Assembly (NCBI GenBank): GCA_964457845.1
Contig: CAYWHP010000001.1
Coordinates: forward strand, 18,015-82,014
Length of the DNA: 64,000 nucleotides
Reading direction: 5' to 3'
From: an uncultured Porphyromonadaceae bacterium
Lineage (GTDB): Bacteria; Bacteroidota; Bacteroidia; Bacteroidales; UBA12481
The notes beneath the pieces are model-generated. The model saw only the letters and a program-made list of their open reading frames with translations. It made no database searches and had not been told where the DNA came from. The position numbers and the translations under genes are program-made. Below are positions 44,801 through 54,289 of this stretch, piece after piece (the stretch's first letter is position 1; each line of letters opens with the position of its first letter).

Positions 44801-46399
44801 TTACTTCATGAACCAGGGCTTCACGGTTGGTGTGTCAGAACCACCGGTTACAGCTGACCAGTTGTCGAAGTTACCGTCAATTTCACTCTGCGGATAGGTA
44901 AGACGGAAGAAGTTATAGCCGGGGCTTACTGTCAGCAAGGTGACGCTGGGGGTGGCATAAGCTGTTCTGCGGGCCAGTGTCCATGCTTCCAGCGGCTGAT
45001 GGAACAGTTCAATCCAGTGCTGTTTGTAGATCTGTTTCAGAGCAGTGGCTGCATCCGAGGAAAAAGCAACCTGCGGATTATTCATCAGGGTCGACATCTC
45101 TTCACTTGAAGGTGTGGCAGCTGGCTTGTTTACAGCCCAAATGCCGGATCCGTTGGCTGTTTTAAACCAGAACTTAACAGATTCAGTAATACCTGCTTCG
45201 TAGTTTGATTTTGCCGTGGCAGGATTGGCACCTACACCACCGATTCCCCTGTTGTAAATCTCAGCTTTAAGAAAACTGACCTCAGCACCACTGATGAATA
45301 CCTGCGGGAAGGTCTTGTCATCAAGGTAGTAGAAATTCAGGGGCGAATAACGCCATGATGCGCCAACCGGATAATAGGTTGTCAAACGCTGTTCACTGTA
45401 GGGGGCATTTACACCCTCATTACCAACTTCGGTAGGTGTATCATTGGACGGAACCTGCGGGAAAGGCACCCACTCGCCGAAAGCGTTTGGTTCAAAGAAA
45501 ATTTTGCACCTCGGGTCGAAAATACCGGAACCGTCTTTTTCATTTGAGCTCGACATTGAGTTCCACATGGTGGTTCCCATACTTACATAACCGGCGTTGC
45601 CACCGATGAGCCTGTTGTTGAAAAAGTCGGAAATGGTAGCCGGATACAAGCCGTAATACTCATCCGGTTGCAGCAAGGGTTTAGCAAGGGCTTCAGCAAT
45701 TATCGTATTGGCATCGGCGGATGCCTTCTCCACTAAAACCATTGCATACCTTAAACGCAGGGAGTTAGCAAGCTTGATCCATTTGGAGATGTCGTTTGCA
45801 AAGATCGTTTCAGCGGCTCCAAGGGAAACCTGGGTACTGCTGACCGCCATATTATCAATTGCCCATTTCAGTTCGGCCAAGGCAGCTTTGATAACCGATT
45901 CCTGACTGTCATATTTCGGACGGAAAAACTCTGATGAAACGAAGCCCTTACCGGCATCCGTATAGGGCATATCCCCATACATCATGGTGAGCTTTAACGT
46001 TTTGTAAGCCATCAGAACTTTAGCCATTCCTTTTACGTTTGTCATATTTGCGGCATTGGCATCCGCATCGATCATTTCCTCCAGTTTCCTGTAGTTCGCC
46101 AAAGCGCGGTAATAATTGTTCCATCCATTTGCCGTAAAATTGTCAAGCCTGAATCCACCGGCAGCATACATTGCGGCAAGTTGGGTGTTCTGGTAAATCC
46201 AGCAGCTGTAAAGAATTACGGGCGCGTCGGCCATACTGGCAGTAATGCCATTGAAAAGTGCCGGGATCGTGGCCGTATATACCTTATTATCCCACGATTT
46301 GTTTATGTCACCAAAGTCCTTTTCGCACGAGGAAAAGACGAGCGCGATCATCAGTGCGGAAAAGAGAAGTGATATTGGGCGATGCTTAATTAGTTTCAT
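44801..46399 (-). CDS. SusD/RagB family nutrient-binding outer membrane lipoprotein
   Basis: 532 aa with a lipoprotein signal (LVFSSC). It lies 22 nt downstream of the SusC-like gene. Confidence 0.85.
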   Translation of the reverse strand: MKLIKHRPISLLFSALMIALVFSSCEKDFGDINKSWDNKVYTATIPALFNGITASMADAPVILYSCWIYQNTQLAAMYAAGGFRLDNFTANGWNNYYRALANYRKLEEMIDADANAANMTNVKGMAKVLMAYKTLKLTMMYGDMPYTDAGKGFVSSEFFRPKYDSQESVIKAALAELKWAIDNMAVSSTQVSLGAAETIFANDISKWIKLANSLRLRYAMVLVEKASADANTIIAEALAKPLLQPDEYYGLYPATISDFFNNRLIGGNAGYVSMGTTMWNSMSSSNEKDGSGIFDPRCKIFFEPNAFGEWVPFPQVPSNDTPTEVGNEGVNAPYSEQRLTTYYPVGASWRYSPLNFYYLDDKTFPQVFISGAEVSFLKAEIYNRGIGGVGANPATAKSNYEAGITESVKFWFKTANGSGIWAVNKPAATPSSEEMSTLMNNPQVAFSSDAATALKQIYKQHWIELFHQPLEAWTLARRTAYATPSVTLLTVSPGYNFFRLTYPQSEIDGNFDNWSAVTGGSDTPTVKPWFMK

Positions 46400-46421
46400 A
46401 ACCGTATGATTTTTTTATAGA

Positions 46422-49400
46422 TTAAAACTTAGCCTTGATAGAGAATCCCAGCGATCTGAAACTCGGATAGGCCGACCATTGCAAACCCTGAGCGTTGCCT
46501 GTTCCGTTGATAGCTTCCGGATTCAGGTGATCAGGTAATGAGGAGTACAGGTAGAAAAGGTTCCTTCCGTAAACCGACAGTGACAATCCCTGGAAGACTT
46601 TTGTCTTTCCAATGACTTTTGAAGGGATATCATAGGTAAGAGCCAGTTCCCTGACTTTTGCCCAGGTATTCTCAAATACTGATAAGCTGCGGGGCCTGTT
46701 GAGGTGTGACCAGCCGGCGTATTGGTTGCCATATTTGTAAAGATAGTGCACCACGCGGTCGTTTTCTTTACCATCGGTAATGTTGTACCCATCGAGGATT
46801 ACACCATGGTTGGCTGTGGATCCGTCGGGATAGGTGTAGGGAAGACCGCCACCATTCCGCTCAGGGAGTGTTTCGGGAAGAAGACCGCTGCCCATTGCCG
46901 TAGCATGGTCGACGGAATAAATGTCACCGCCCACTTTGAAATCAATAAGGGCATAGAGGGAGAAACCTTTGAACCGGAGGCTGTTTCCAAAACCGCCAGT
47001 AAACAGCGGGGCAGCGTTTCAGATTAAAATCTGTTCGTTGGTGATCAGGTATTCAGCTCCAACAACATTGCCCTTTGAGTCAACAATGTTTTTGATCTGC
47101 TTGCGGCCCTGGTCATCCAGAAGGAAGTCGGTTCCATAAATTGCACCATACTTCTCGCCCGGGGCTACTTTCATAACCACACCAAGATTACCGAAAACAT
47201 CTCCCAGCCATTGTTCTTTCACGCCGGGAGCCAGTTCTTCGATGAAGTTGTTGTTTTTGGCAAAGTTCAGGGTCATGTTCCACATAAACTTATCGGAAAG
47301 TACAGGAGTACCATTCAAGATAACTTCGATCCCTTTGTTTCTCAGTTTACCGGAGTTGAATGACACCAAAGTGGCGCCGGAGGAAGCGGGAAGTGCAGCC
47401 TGAAGGATCTGGTTGGCCGAAAGGATGTTGTAATAGGTGAAGTCGAGGTTCAAACGGTCATCGAAGAAACCGAGGTTCAAACCGGCTTCCACCGATACGG
47501 ATGTCTGGAATTGCAAAGCATACGGGGGAATGGTTGACGGAAGATAGTTTGTGGGCTGACCTCCGAATTTACCAACATCGTACGTATTATCAAGCTGGTA
47601 TGGCTGTGCTCCGTTTGCACTTTTCCCATAGGCAAGTCTCAATTTACCATAGGACAGGGCTTTTTTGCTAATATCAAAGGCCTCGGAGAAGACGAATGCA
47701 GCACTGGCTGATGGATAGAATGTGGAATTGTTGTCCTTCGGAAGAGTGGATGTAGCATCCTGTCTGCCGGTGAGGTCAAGGAAAATGACGTTGTTGTAGC
47801 TCAGGTTAATCATTCCCAGGGCAGAGACTGACTGGATATCATAGCGGCTTTCGCTCATGCCGGTCTGTTCCCTGTTGACCCAGTTTCCTAAGGAATATAC
47901 GCCCGGTACAGCGAAGCGGCTCCAGTTTGAACCACTGACACCAACTGAGTTTGTGGAGAAACTGTTGTACATGGCAGATACACTTGCATTAAGTCCGCCA
48001 AGCAGGAAGTTGTCCTTATGAGCCGTTACCATGACGTCGGTGTTGAATACCCGGTCACGGCTGATTGATTTGGAGAAAGAACCGCCGCTGACCTTGTCGC
48101 GATTGGTTGTGGTGTTGGTTGATTCAAACCGGGTGCTGACGATGTTTGCCGATGTTCTGACAAAAGCATTGAGCCATGGTGTGATTTCAGCATTCAGTTT
48201 AAAGGTGGTCAGGAATTCATCCCTGCTCAGGCGCTGATTGTGTTCATAAACAGCCCAGAACATATCGCGGCTGTATTCATTGTAAGGATAAGCTCCCGGG
48301 AATTCGTTCTTGGATCCGTCTTCATTCTTGTACATGGTTTTTTCAAGAGGGATATATTCCCTTGACATCCCATAGATCATGAATTTCGACCACGAATTGT
48401 TCGTACCCAGTTCAGGTGCATTCAAACGTGAATTCTGGTTATAGGCAGCAGAAAGTTCGGCGGAGAACACTTTTGAGATCTTGTAGTTTGAACCCAGTGA
48501 GAAGTTCTTGCTGCTGTTGTTGACGTTAGGAACAGGCTGTGTGCCGTTTGTTACCGAGGCGGCCATACGGACACTGCCAAAATCGTTGGCTGCCGAGAAG
48601 GCCAGGTTATGTGTGTTCACGTTACCGGTCTGGAACATATACTCCCGGTTGTTGGGCTGCGGAGCGTAAGGCCTTACCTGACCATCCCACCATAATGCAG
48701 GTGTTCCGTCGAGTTTCGGACCCCATGAGGATCCTGCACCATACCAGCTGAATTGATCCCAGGTATTTCGTCCGTCAGGAATAGGACCGTGTGATCCTTC
48801 GATGCCGGTTCCGCCTACGGCTAACTTGTTACCGCCGTTGGCCTGCCAGCTTCCCGGATACAGGGTGGGCACATAATATTGACCGGTTGCGGTTTTAGGT
48901 AAGCTTTGATTCGCTGAGAAGAGGGCGCCGGAAAATCCGATACCATATTCATTCTGAACATCAAGGTAACGGTATGCAGTGCTGTACGTGCTCGATAAAC
49001 CGTATTCAACGCCGATACCCTTTTTGGCCATACCTTTTTTGGAGGTGATCAGGATGACACCGTTTGCACCTTTGGCGCCGTAGAGTGCTGCAGCGTTGGG
49101 GCCTTTCAGTACGGAAACGGTTTCAACGTTGTCCATGTTCATGTAGCTCAAATAGTTACCCCAGTCCTGATAACCGCCTAAGCTGTTCTCAGTATTGGAT
49201 TGAGGCAATGATTTGTTTTCCAGGATGGCGCCGTCGATTACAATCAAAGGCTGGTTGTTGCCAAACAGACTGTTGTTACCCCTGATTGTGATACGGGAGG
49301 AAGCGTTGGTCAAGCCGTTTGCAGTGCTGATATTCAAGCCGGCCACCTTGCCCATCAGCCCCTGGGCGATGTCGACCGGGGCAAGTTCGGTGATTTCTTC

Positions 49401-49796
49401 GGCTTTAATCTGCTGTACCGCAAAACCGACCGATCTTTTGTCTCTTTTCACACCGAGAGCCGTGACAACAACCTCATTGAGTTGCGTTGAGCTCATAACG
49501 AGTGTAACATTGATAGTTGCTTCAGTGACGGTGATTTCCTGGGGCGCATATCCCAGAAACGAGAACACCAGTACACTTCCCCTGTTCACGGAAATGGAAT
49601 AATTACCGTTTCCGTCGGTAGAGGTACCCGTTCCAACACCTTTAACTGCCACGTTAACCCCAGGAAGCGATTCGTTGGTGGACCCGTCGGTCACCTTGCC
49701 GCTAACCTTAAGTTGCTGAGCAATGGAGGTTGCAAACATAAAGAAGGCCAATAGCAGCAAAGTGCCGTACCTCTTTAATCTAAGTTGTTTACTCAT
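46422..49796 (-). pseudogene. SusC/RagA family TonB-linked outer membrane protein interrupted by one in-frame TGA (47019..47021)
   Basis: The track ORFs 47019..49796 (925 aa) and 46422..46934 (170 aa) are in the same frame. The stretch between them is open and reads ...TNEQILI*NAAPLFTGGFGNSLRFKGFSLYALIDFKVGGDIY. Confidence 0.8.
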
Positions 49797-49903
49797 AGGA
49801 AATTAGTATTTGGTTAAACGAAAAATAAACGTTGTTTTGGAGATTTCATCCTAAAGGACATCGCATGCTACATAGTGGGCAAAGGTTTCAAAAAAGCCTA
49901 TTT

Positions 49904-49911
49904 CAAATATA
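49904..49911 (-). promoter_or_regulatory. candidate -7 box (TATATTTG on minus strand) for SusC/D pair 2
   Basis: The same caaatata box as at 44563-44570, about 108 nt upstream of the SusC ATG. Confidence 0.4.
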
Positions 49912-49985
49912 GATAAATTATTCAGAAACGGTAATTCTAAATCTTTTTTTCAATCGATTGATTTGAGGTTCCGCAATTCAATCTG

Positions 49986-51599
49986 TCATACATTTTTCTT
50001 GTATTTCAGGTATTTTGCGTCGTAAAAGGAGGTTTTTTCGGGATTCGGGGAATAATGGAGGTCGAAACCCTGTTCCATGGCCTCCATAGCCACACCAACA
50101 TTCGGATAAATCCCGGCCACAGTTGCGGCAAACATGGCTGCTCCAAGGGCGCATGCCTGTCCTGAAGCGGCAACGTTGATTTCACGATTCATCACATCAG
50201 CGAGCGTTTGCATCACAAAGGGTGATTTTCGTGCCACTCCGCCGATGGCGATAACCTCACGGATCGGAATACCTTCCTCTGCGAACCGCTCTGCAATGGC
50301 CCTGCTTCCAAATGCGGTAGCCTCAACAAGCGCTTTGAAAAGGCTGGGCGCATCAGTACCCAGGGTAAGGCCGGAAATGGTAGCGGTAAGGGATTGGTCG
50401 GCATCGGGGGTCCTTCTGCCGTTGAACCAGTCGGTAGCCAATGGGATGGTCTCATCATCAGGAAGCAGTTTTGCCTCTTCCGACAGGCGATCAAGCAGGA
50501 TGTCCGAAATCTTTTCTCTTTCACCAGGATCGCTAATAAACTGCAATGGCCACGAAAGCAGGTTCTTAAACCACGCAAAAACATCTCCGAATGCGGATTG
50601 ACCGGCTTCAAGTCCCACCATTCCCGGAATGATTGATCCGTCAACCTGGCCACAGATACCTTTGACAAGTTTGCCTTCCATTTCCTGACTGCCGGCCACA
50701 AGCATATCGCACGTTGAAGTGCCCATCACACGCAGCAACGCCTTGGGCCTGATACCCCCGCCAACTGCTCCCATATGGGCATCAAAGGCTCCGGCGCCAA
50801 TAGCTATTGAGCCGGTAAGCCCCAGCTTTTCCGACCATTCTGGTGTGAGATAGCCAACTCTGTAATCAGCAGGCTGTGTTTCCCTGTAAAGTCGCTCCCT
50901 GTAACCGGACAAAAGCGGATCCAGCTTTGAGAGGAATTCTTCAGACGGAAGCCCGCCAAATTCTTCATGCCACATGGCCTTGTGGCCTGCAGCACAGCGG
51001 CTCCTGACCATCGTCAGCGGATCTGTTTTGCCGGCCAGAATTGCCGGCATCCAGTCGCAATGCTCGACCCACGAGAAGGCTGCTTTTCTGACCGACTCAT
51101 CTGCGCGCAGAACATGAAGTATTTTGGCCCAGACCCACTCACTTGAATAAATGCCTCCTTCATACATGGAGTAGTCGATCGGCCATTCGGAGCAAAGCCG
51201 GTTGATCTCATCTGCTTCATCGATTGCAGTGTGATCCTTCCAAAGGATAAACATGGCGTTCGGGTTTTCAGCAAATTCAGGAAGCATGGCCAGCGGGGTG
51301 CCCATCCGGTCGACAAAAACAGGTGTGGAGCCTGTCGTATCGAATGATATTCCTGCGATACTTCCGGCGGTGCCGGCCGGCGCTGCTTTAACCGCCTCCT
51401 TGACAACGGCAGTCATGGAATCGAGATAGTCCTGCGGGTGCTGGCGATATTGATTGTTCCGGGGATTGCAGTAAAGATTCTTTTTCCATCTGGGATACCA
51501 GGCTACCGCACTCGAAATTTCTGTTCCATTTGCCGGATCAACAATTACCGACCGTACCGAATCAGTTCCGAAGTCAAGGCCAATTACATATTTTTCCAT
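49986..51599 (-). CDS. araB: ribulokinase (FGGY carbohydrate kinase family)
   Basis: The likely start is at 51599 (MEKYVIGLDFGTDSVRSVIVD). The length of about 537 aa and the FGGY motifs (GLDFGT, GGxxRKSPFVMQ) fit AraB-type kinases. Confidence 0.75.
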   Translation of the reverse strand: MEKYVIGLDFGTDSVRSVIVDPANGTEISSAVAWYPRWKKNLYCNPRNNQYRQHPQDYLDSMTAVVKEAVKAAPAGTAGSIAGISFDTTGSTPVFVDRMGTPLAMLPEFAENPNAMFILWKDHTAIDEADEINRLCSEWPIDYSMYEGGIYSSEWVWAKILHVLRADESVRKAAFSWVEHCDWMPAILAGKTDPLTMVRSRCAAGHKAMWHEEFGGLPSEEFLSKLDPLLSGYRERLYRETQPADYRVGYLTPEWSEKLGLTGSIAIGAGAFDAHMGAVGGGIRPKALLRVMGTSTCDMLVAGSQEMEGKLVKGICGQVDGSIIPGMVGLEAGQSAFGDVFAWFKNLLSWPLQFISDPGEREKISDILLDRLSEEAKLLPDDETIPLATDWFNGRRTPDADQSLTATISGLTLGTDAPSLFKALVEATAFGSRAIAERFAEEGIPIREVIAIGGVARKSPFVMQTLADVMNREINVAASGQACALGAAMFAATVAGIYPNVGVAMEAMEQGFDLHYSPNPEKTSFYDAKYLKYKKNV

Positions 51600-51725
51600 G
51601 GGTATATTATTAAATGTTAAAAATACACTTTCTGATATCATAGGGAATAGGTGTTAAAAAATAATTGGGTTGCAGATTCCTTTTGAACGGTGTACTTTTA
51701 AGCCGATAAACTAAAATCCATTACA

Positions 51726-53123
51726 ATGAAAGGCCAGTTTGACCGACGATCATTTTTGCGCATTTCAGCGCTTACCGGTGCGTTTATGGGCATTCCTAAC
51801 CTGCTCAGCGCCAAAGATTCACCTGATATTGAAGAATTGATTGACCGAATCGCCCAGGCTCCGGCCAGCACAGGTAAATCAGTTATCGGTTTAACGGTTC
51901 CGCCGATAAAGCAGGTGAGGGTAGGGATCATAGGTCTCGGTAACCGGGGATCGGGAATGACAATGCTCGTGGATGCCCTTTGTCCGGACAAAGCTAAAAT
52001 AGTAGCAATCTGTGATGTTCAGGAGCGGTATGCAAACCGCACCCTTGAGGCACTTAAGAAGAGAGGACAGACACCGGCAGTGTATGCCGGAAAGGAAGAC
52101 GGATGGAAGGAACTCGTTGCCCGTGATGATCTGGACCTGGTCTTTATTTTCACGCATTGGGATCTGCATGTGCCGATGGCTGTGGAAGCCATGCGCAAAG
52201 GGAAGCACGTTGCCATTGAGGTGCCCGCCGCGATAACACTTGAAGAGTGCTGGCAGGTAGTGAAAACAGCTGAGGAGACCCAGCGAAACTGCATGATGCT
52301 CGAGAATTGCTGCTATGGTGAAGAGGAGCTCTGGCTGCTCAATATGTCGAGAAAAGGAGTGTTCGGCACCCTTACATACGGAGAAGCAGCTTATATCCAC
52401 AATCTTCGGTCAATGCTGTTTGATGATTCCTATTACAAAAAGTGGAGGATCAGGCACAATCTTGCCCATGATGCCAATATCTATCCGACGCACGGACTTG
52501 GCCCGGTTACCCAGTATATGCAGATCGACCGCGGTGACCGCATGGAATTTCTCGTGTCCCAAAGTTCGCTTCAGGCTTCCTATACAGAGTATTCGAAGAC
52601 AGTCAATCCGGATAATGAGTTTTACAACAGAACAGATTTCAAGCATGGTGACATGAATACCTGCCTCATAAAGACGAACAAAGGCAGAATGATTCAGCTG
52701 TACCACGATATCGTAACCCCAAGGCCCTATTCACGAAAAAATTCGCTTGCCGGCACCAAGGCTTATCATGAAGGTTATCCCAGCAGGCTCTGCATCGGGG
52801 ATAAAGGCCACGACTGGCTAAAGACGGAAGATTACAACAAGTACAAGGCTGAGTACAATCACCCGATCTGGACTAAGCTAAAGGCTGAGATCACGAAATA
52901 CGGAGGTCACGGAGGTATGGACTTTGTTGAGATTTATCGGCTTATTGATAACCTTAATCGCGGCGTCCAGCTCGATATGGATGTTTATGATCTGGCATCC
53001 TGGTGTGTTGTTACCCCGCTTTCTGAGATTTCCGTTGAATTGGGGTCGGTACCGGTTAAGTTTCCCGATTTCACCGGTGGTCGATGGAAAGAGGAGCGAG
53101 AACTCCAGATTCTTATTGATTAA
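51726..53123 (+). CDS. Tat-exported Gfo/Idh/MocA family oxidoreductase, GH109-like (NAD-dependent glycosidase family)
   Basis: 465 aa with a twin-arginine signal (RRSFLRISALTGAFMG) and a Rossmann motif (VGIIGLGNRG). Length and architecture are typical of GH109-like proteins. No activity can be inferred. Confidence 0.65.
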   Translation: MKGQFDRRSFLRISALTGAFMGIPNLLSAKDSPDIEELIDRIAQAPASTGKSVIGLTVPPIKQVRVGIIGLGNRGSGMTMLVDALCPDKAKIVAICDVQERYANRTLEALKKRGQTPAVYAGKEDGWKELVARDDLDLVFIFTHWDLHVPMAVEAMRKGKHVAIEVPAAITLEECWQVVKTAEETQRNCMMLENCCYGEEELWLLNMSRKGVFGTLTYGEAAYIHNLRSMLFDDSYYKKWRIRHNLAHDANIYPTHGLGPVTQYMQIDRGDRMEFLVSQSSLQASYTEYSKTVNPDNEFYNRTDFKHGDMNTCLIKTNKGRMIQLYHDIVTPRPYSRKNSLAGTKAYHEGYPSRLCIGDKGHDWLKTEDYNKYKAEYNHPIWTKLKAEITKYGGHGGMDFVEIYRLIDNLNRGVQLDMDVYDLASWCVVTPLSEISVELGSVPVKFPDFTGGRWKEERELQILID

Positions 53124-53141
53124 CAGTGACGGTGGTTAGTT

Positions 53142-53161
53142 GAGACGTTTATAAACGTCTC
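53142..53161. terminator. perfect 20 nt palindrome between convergent genes, probable bidirectional terminator hairpin
   Basis: GAGACGTTTATAAACGTCTC lies between the stop at 53123 (+) and the stop at 53166 (-). There is no flanking T-run. Confidence 0.4.
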
Positions 53162-53165
53162 TGCA

Positions 53166-54179
53166 TCAGGCAAGAGCTTCACGGAAGGTGACCAGCTCTT
53201 GCCTTTTTTCGTCCCACAGCCGAAGGCGGAGCGATTTCATACTGCCCCAGAACGATATCGGGCTTATGCCCTGGAAGATTTCATTTTCCCGGTGGCATTG
53301 CTCAAGCTTGTAATTTGGAATACGGGCGCTGAGGTGGTGTACATGGTGGAATCCGATATTACCCGAAAACCATTGCAGAAGTCGGGGAAGTTTATAAAAC
53401 GAAGAGCCCTGAAGCGCTACCGTTTCATAATCCCACTTCTCGCTGCGGTACCAGTGAACATCCCGGAACTGGTGCTGGACATAAAACAACCAGACACCCC
53501 ATACTGAAGCCAGATAGAAGACCGGAAGCTGAATCAGGAGGATGGTCCTGAAGCCGAGAAGCAATCCGGTTACGGTCAGCAGGATCAACAGGGTAATATT
53601 GGTTAATACGATTCCCCAGTTCTCCCTGGTTTGAAGGCTCTTTCGCGTAATCCGATTTTGCAGTATGAAAATCAGGGGTGCAGCAATGAGAAACATCACG
53701 ACCGGATTCCGGTAAACTCTGTAATAAAATCTTGCGAAAGGTTTGGATGCCTTGAATTCTTCAACCGTCAGGGTTTTTACATCACCTACGCCCCGCTTGT
53801 CGAGGTTGCCGACAGTGGCGTGGTGCTTGTTGTGGCTGCGGTGCCAGGAGTGGTACGGCGTAAAGGTGAAAAGTCCTAGAATAAAGCCAATCCCGGAGTT
53901 CCATTTGTCGGATTTGAAAAATGATTTATGCCCGCAGTCGTGAAAGATGATGAAGATGCGGACCATAAATCCGGCTGCCGGAACGGCGAGAGCCAAAGTA
54001 ATCCAGTATGACCAGCCGAGGCTGAAATACATCAGCACCCATAAGCCAATGAGCGGACCTGCCGAATTAATGATTTGCCAGATACTTCGTTTCTTGTCCG
54101 GGAAATTATACCGTGAAACGATTGTCCGCCACCCGATGGGCGGCGTTTGCTCTTCCGAATTTGATTTGTTAACAGCCAT
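53166..54179 (-). CDS. membrane fatty acid desaturase
   Basis: 337 aa with three histidine boxes (HDCGH, HRSHNKHH, HHVHH) and TM helices. Confidence 0.85.
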   Translation of the reverse strand: MAVNKSNSEEQTPPIGWRTIVSRYNFPDKKRSIWQIINSAGPLIGLWVLMYFSLGWSYWITLALAVPAAGFMVRIFIIFHDCGHKSFFKSDKWNSGIGFILGLFTFTPYHSWHRSHNKHHATVGNLDKRGVGDVKTLTVEEFKASKPFARFYYRVYRNPVVMFLIAAPLIFILQNRITRKSLQTRENWGIVLTNITLLILLTVTGLLLGFRTILLIQLPVFYLASVWGVWLFYVQHQFRDVHWYRSEKWDYETVALQGSSFYKLPRLLQWFSGNIGFHHVHHLSARIPNYKLEQCHRENEIFQGISPISFWGSMKSLRLRLWDEKRQELVTFREALA

Positions 54180-54202
54180 ATTGTCCTTTCCCTTAAAGGT
54201 AC

Positions 54203-54239
54203 AAAAAAAACGGAGGAAGGTTTATCCTCCTCCGCTCAT
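54203..54239 (-). terminator. rho-independent terminator of the pnt operon
   Basis: A CGGAGGAAGG-TTTAT-CCTCCTCCG hairpin with one bulge, followed on the minus strand by T8. It lies 50 nt after the pntB stop. Confidence 0.6.
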
Positions 54240-54289
54240 TTATCACATTTTCTACACGGATTTTAGCTATTTAATTGTTTTTAAACCTT

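Noticed and set aside
47019-47021. TGA reassigned to glycine (genetic code 25, as in Gracilibacteria/SR1) as an explanation for the in-frame TGA in SusC.
   Set aside because: Many well-supported genes in this window terminate at TGA at the expected protein ends: folC, dnaN, surE, the exonuclease, DUF4340, crcB and the IMPase. The genome therefore uses TGA as a stop.
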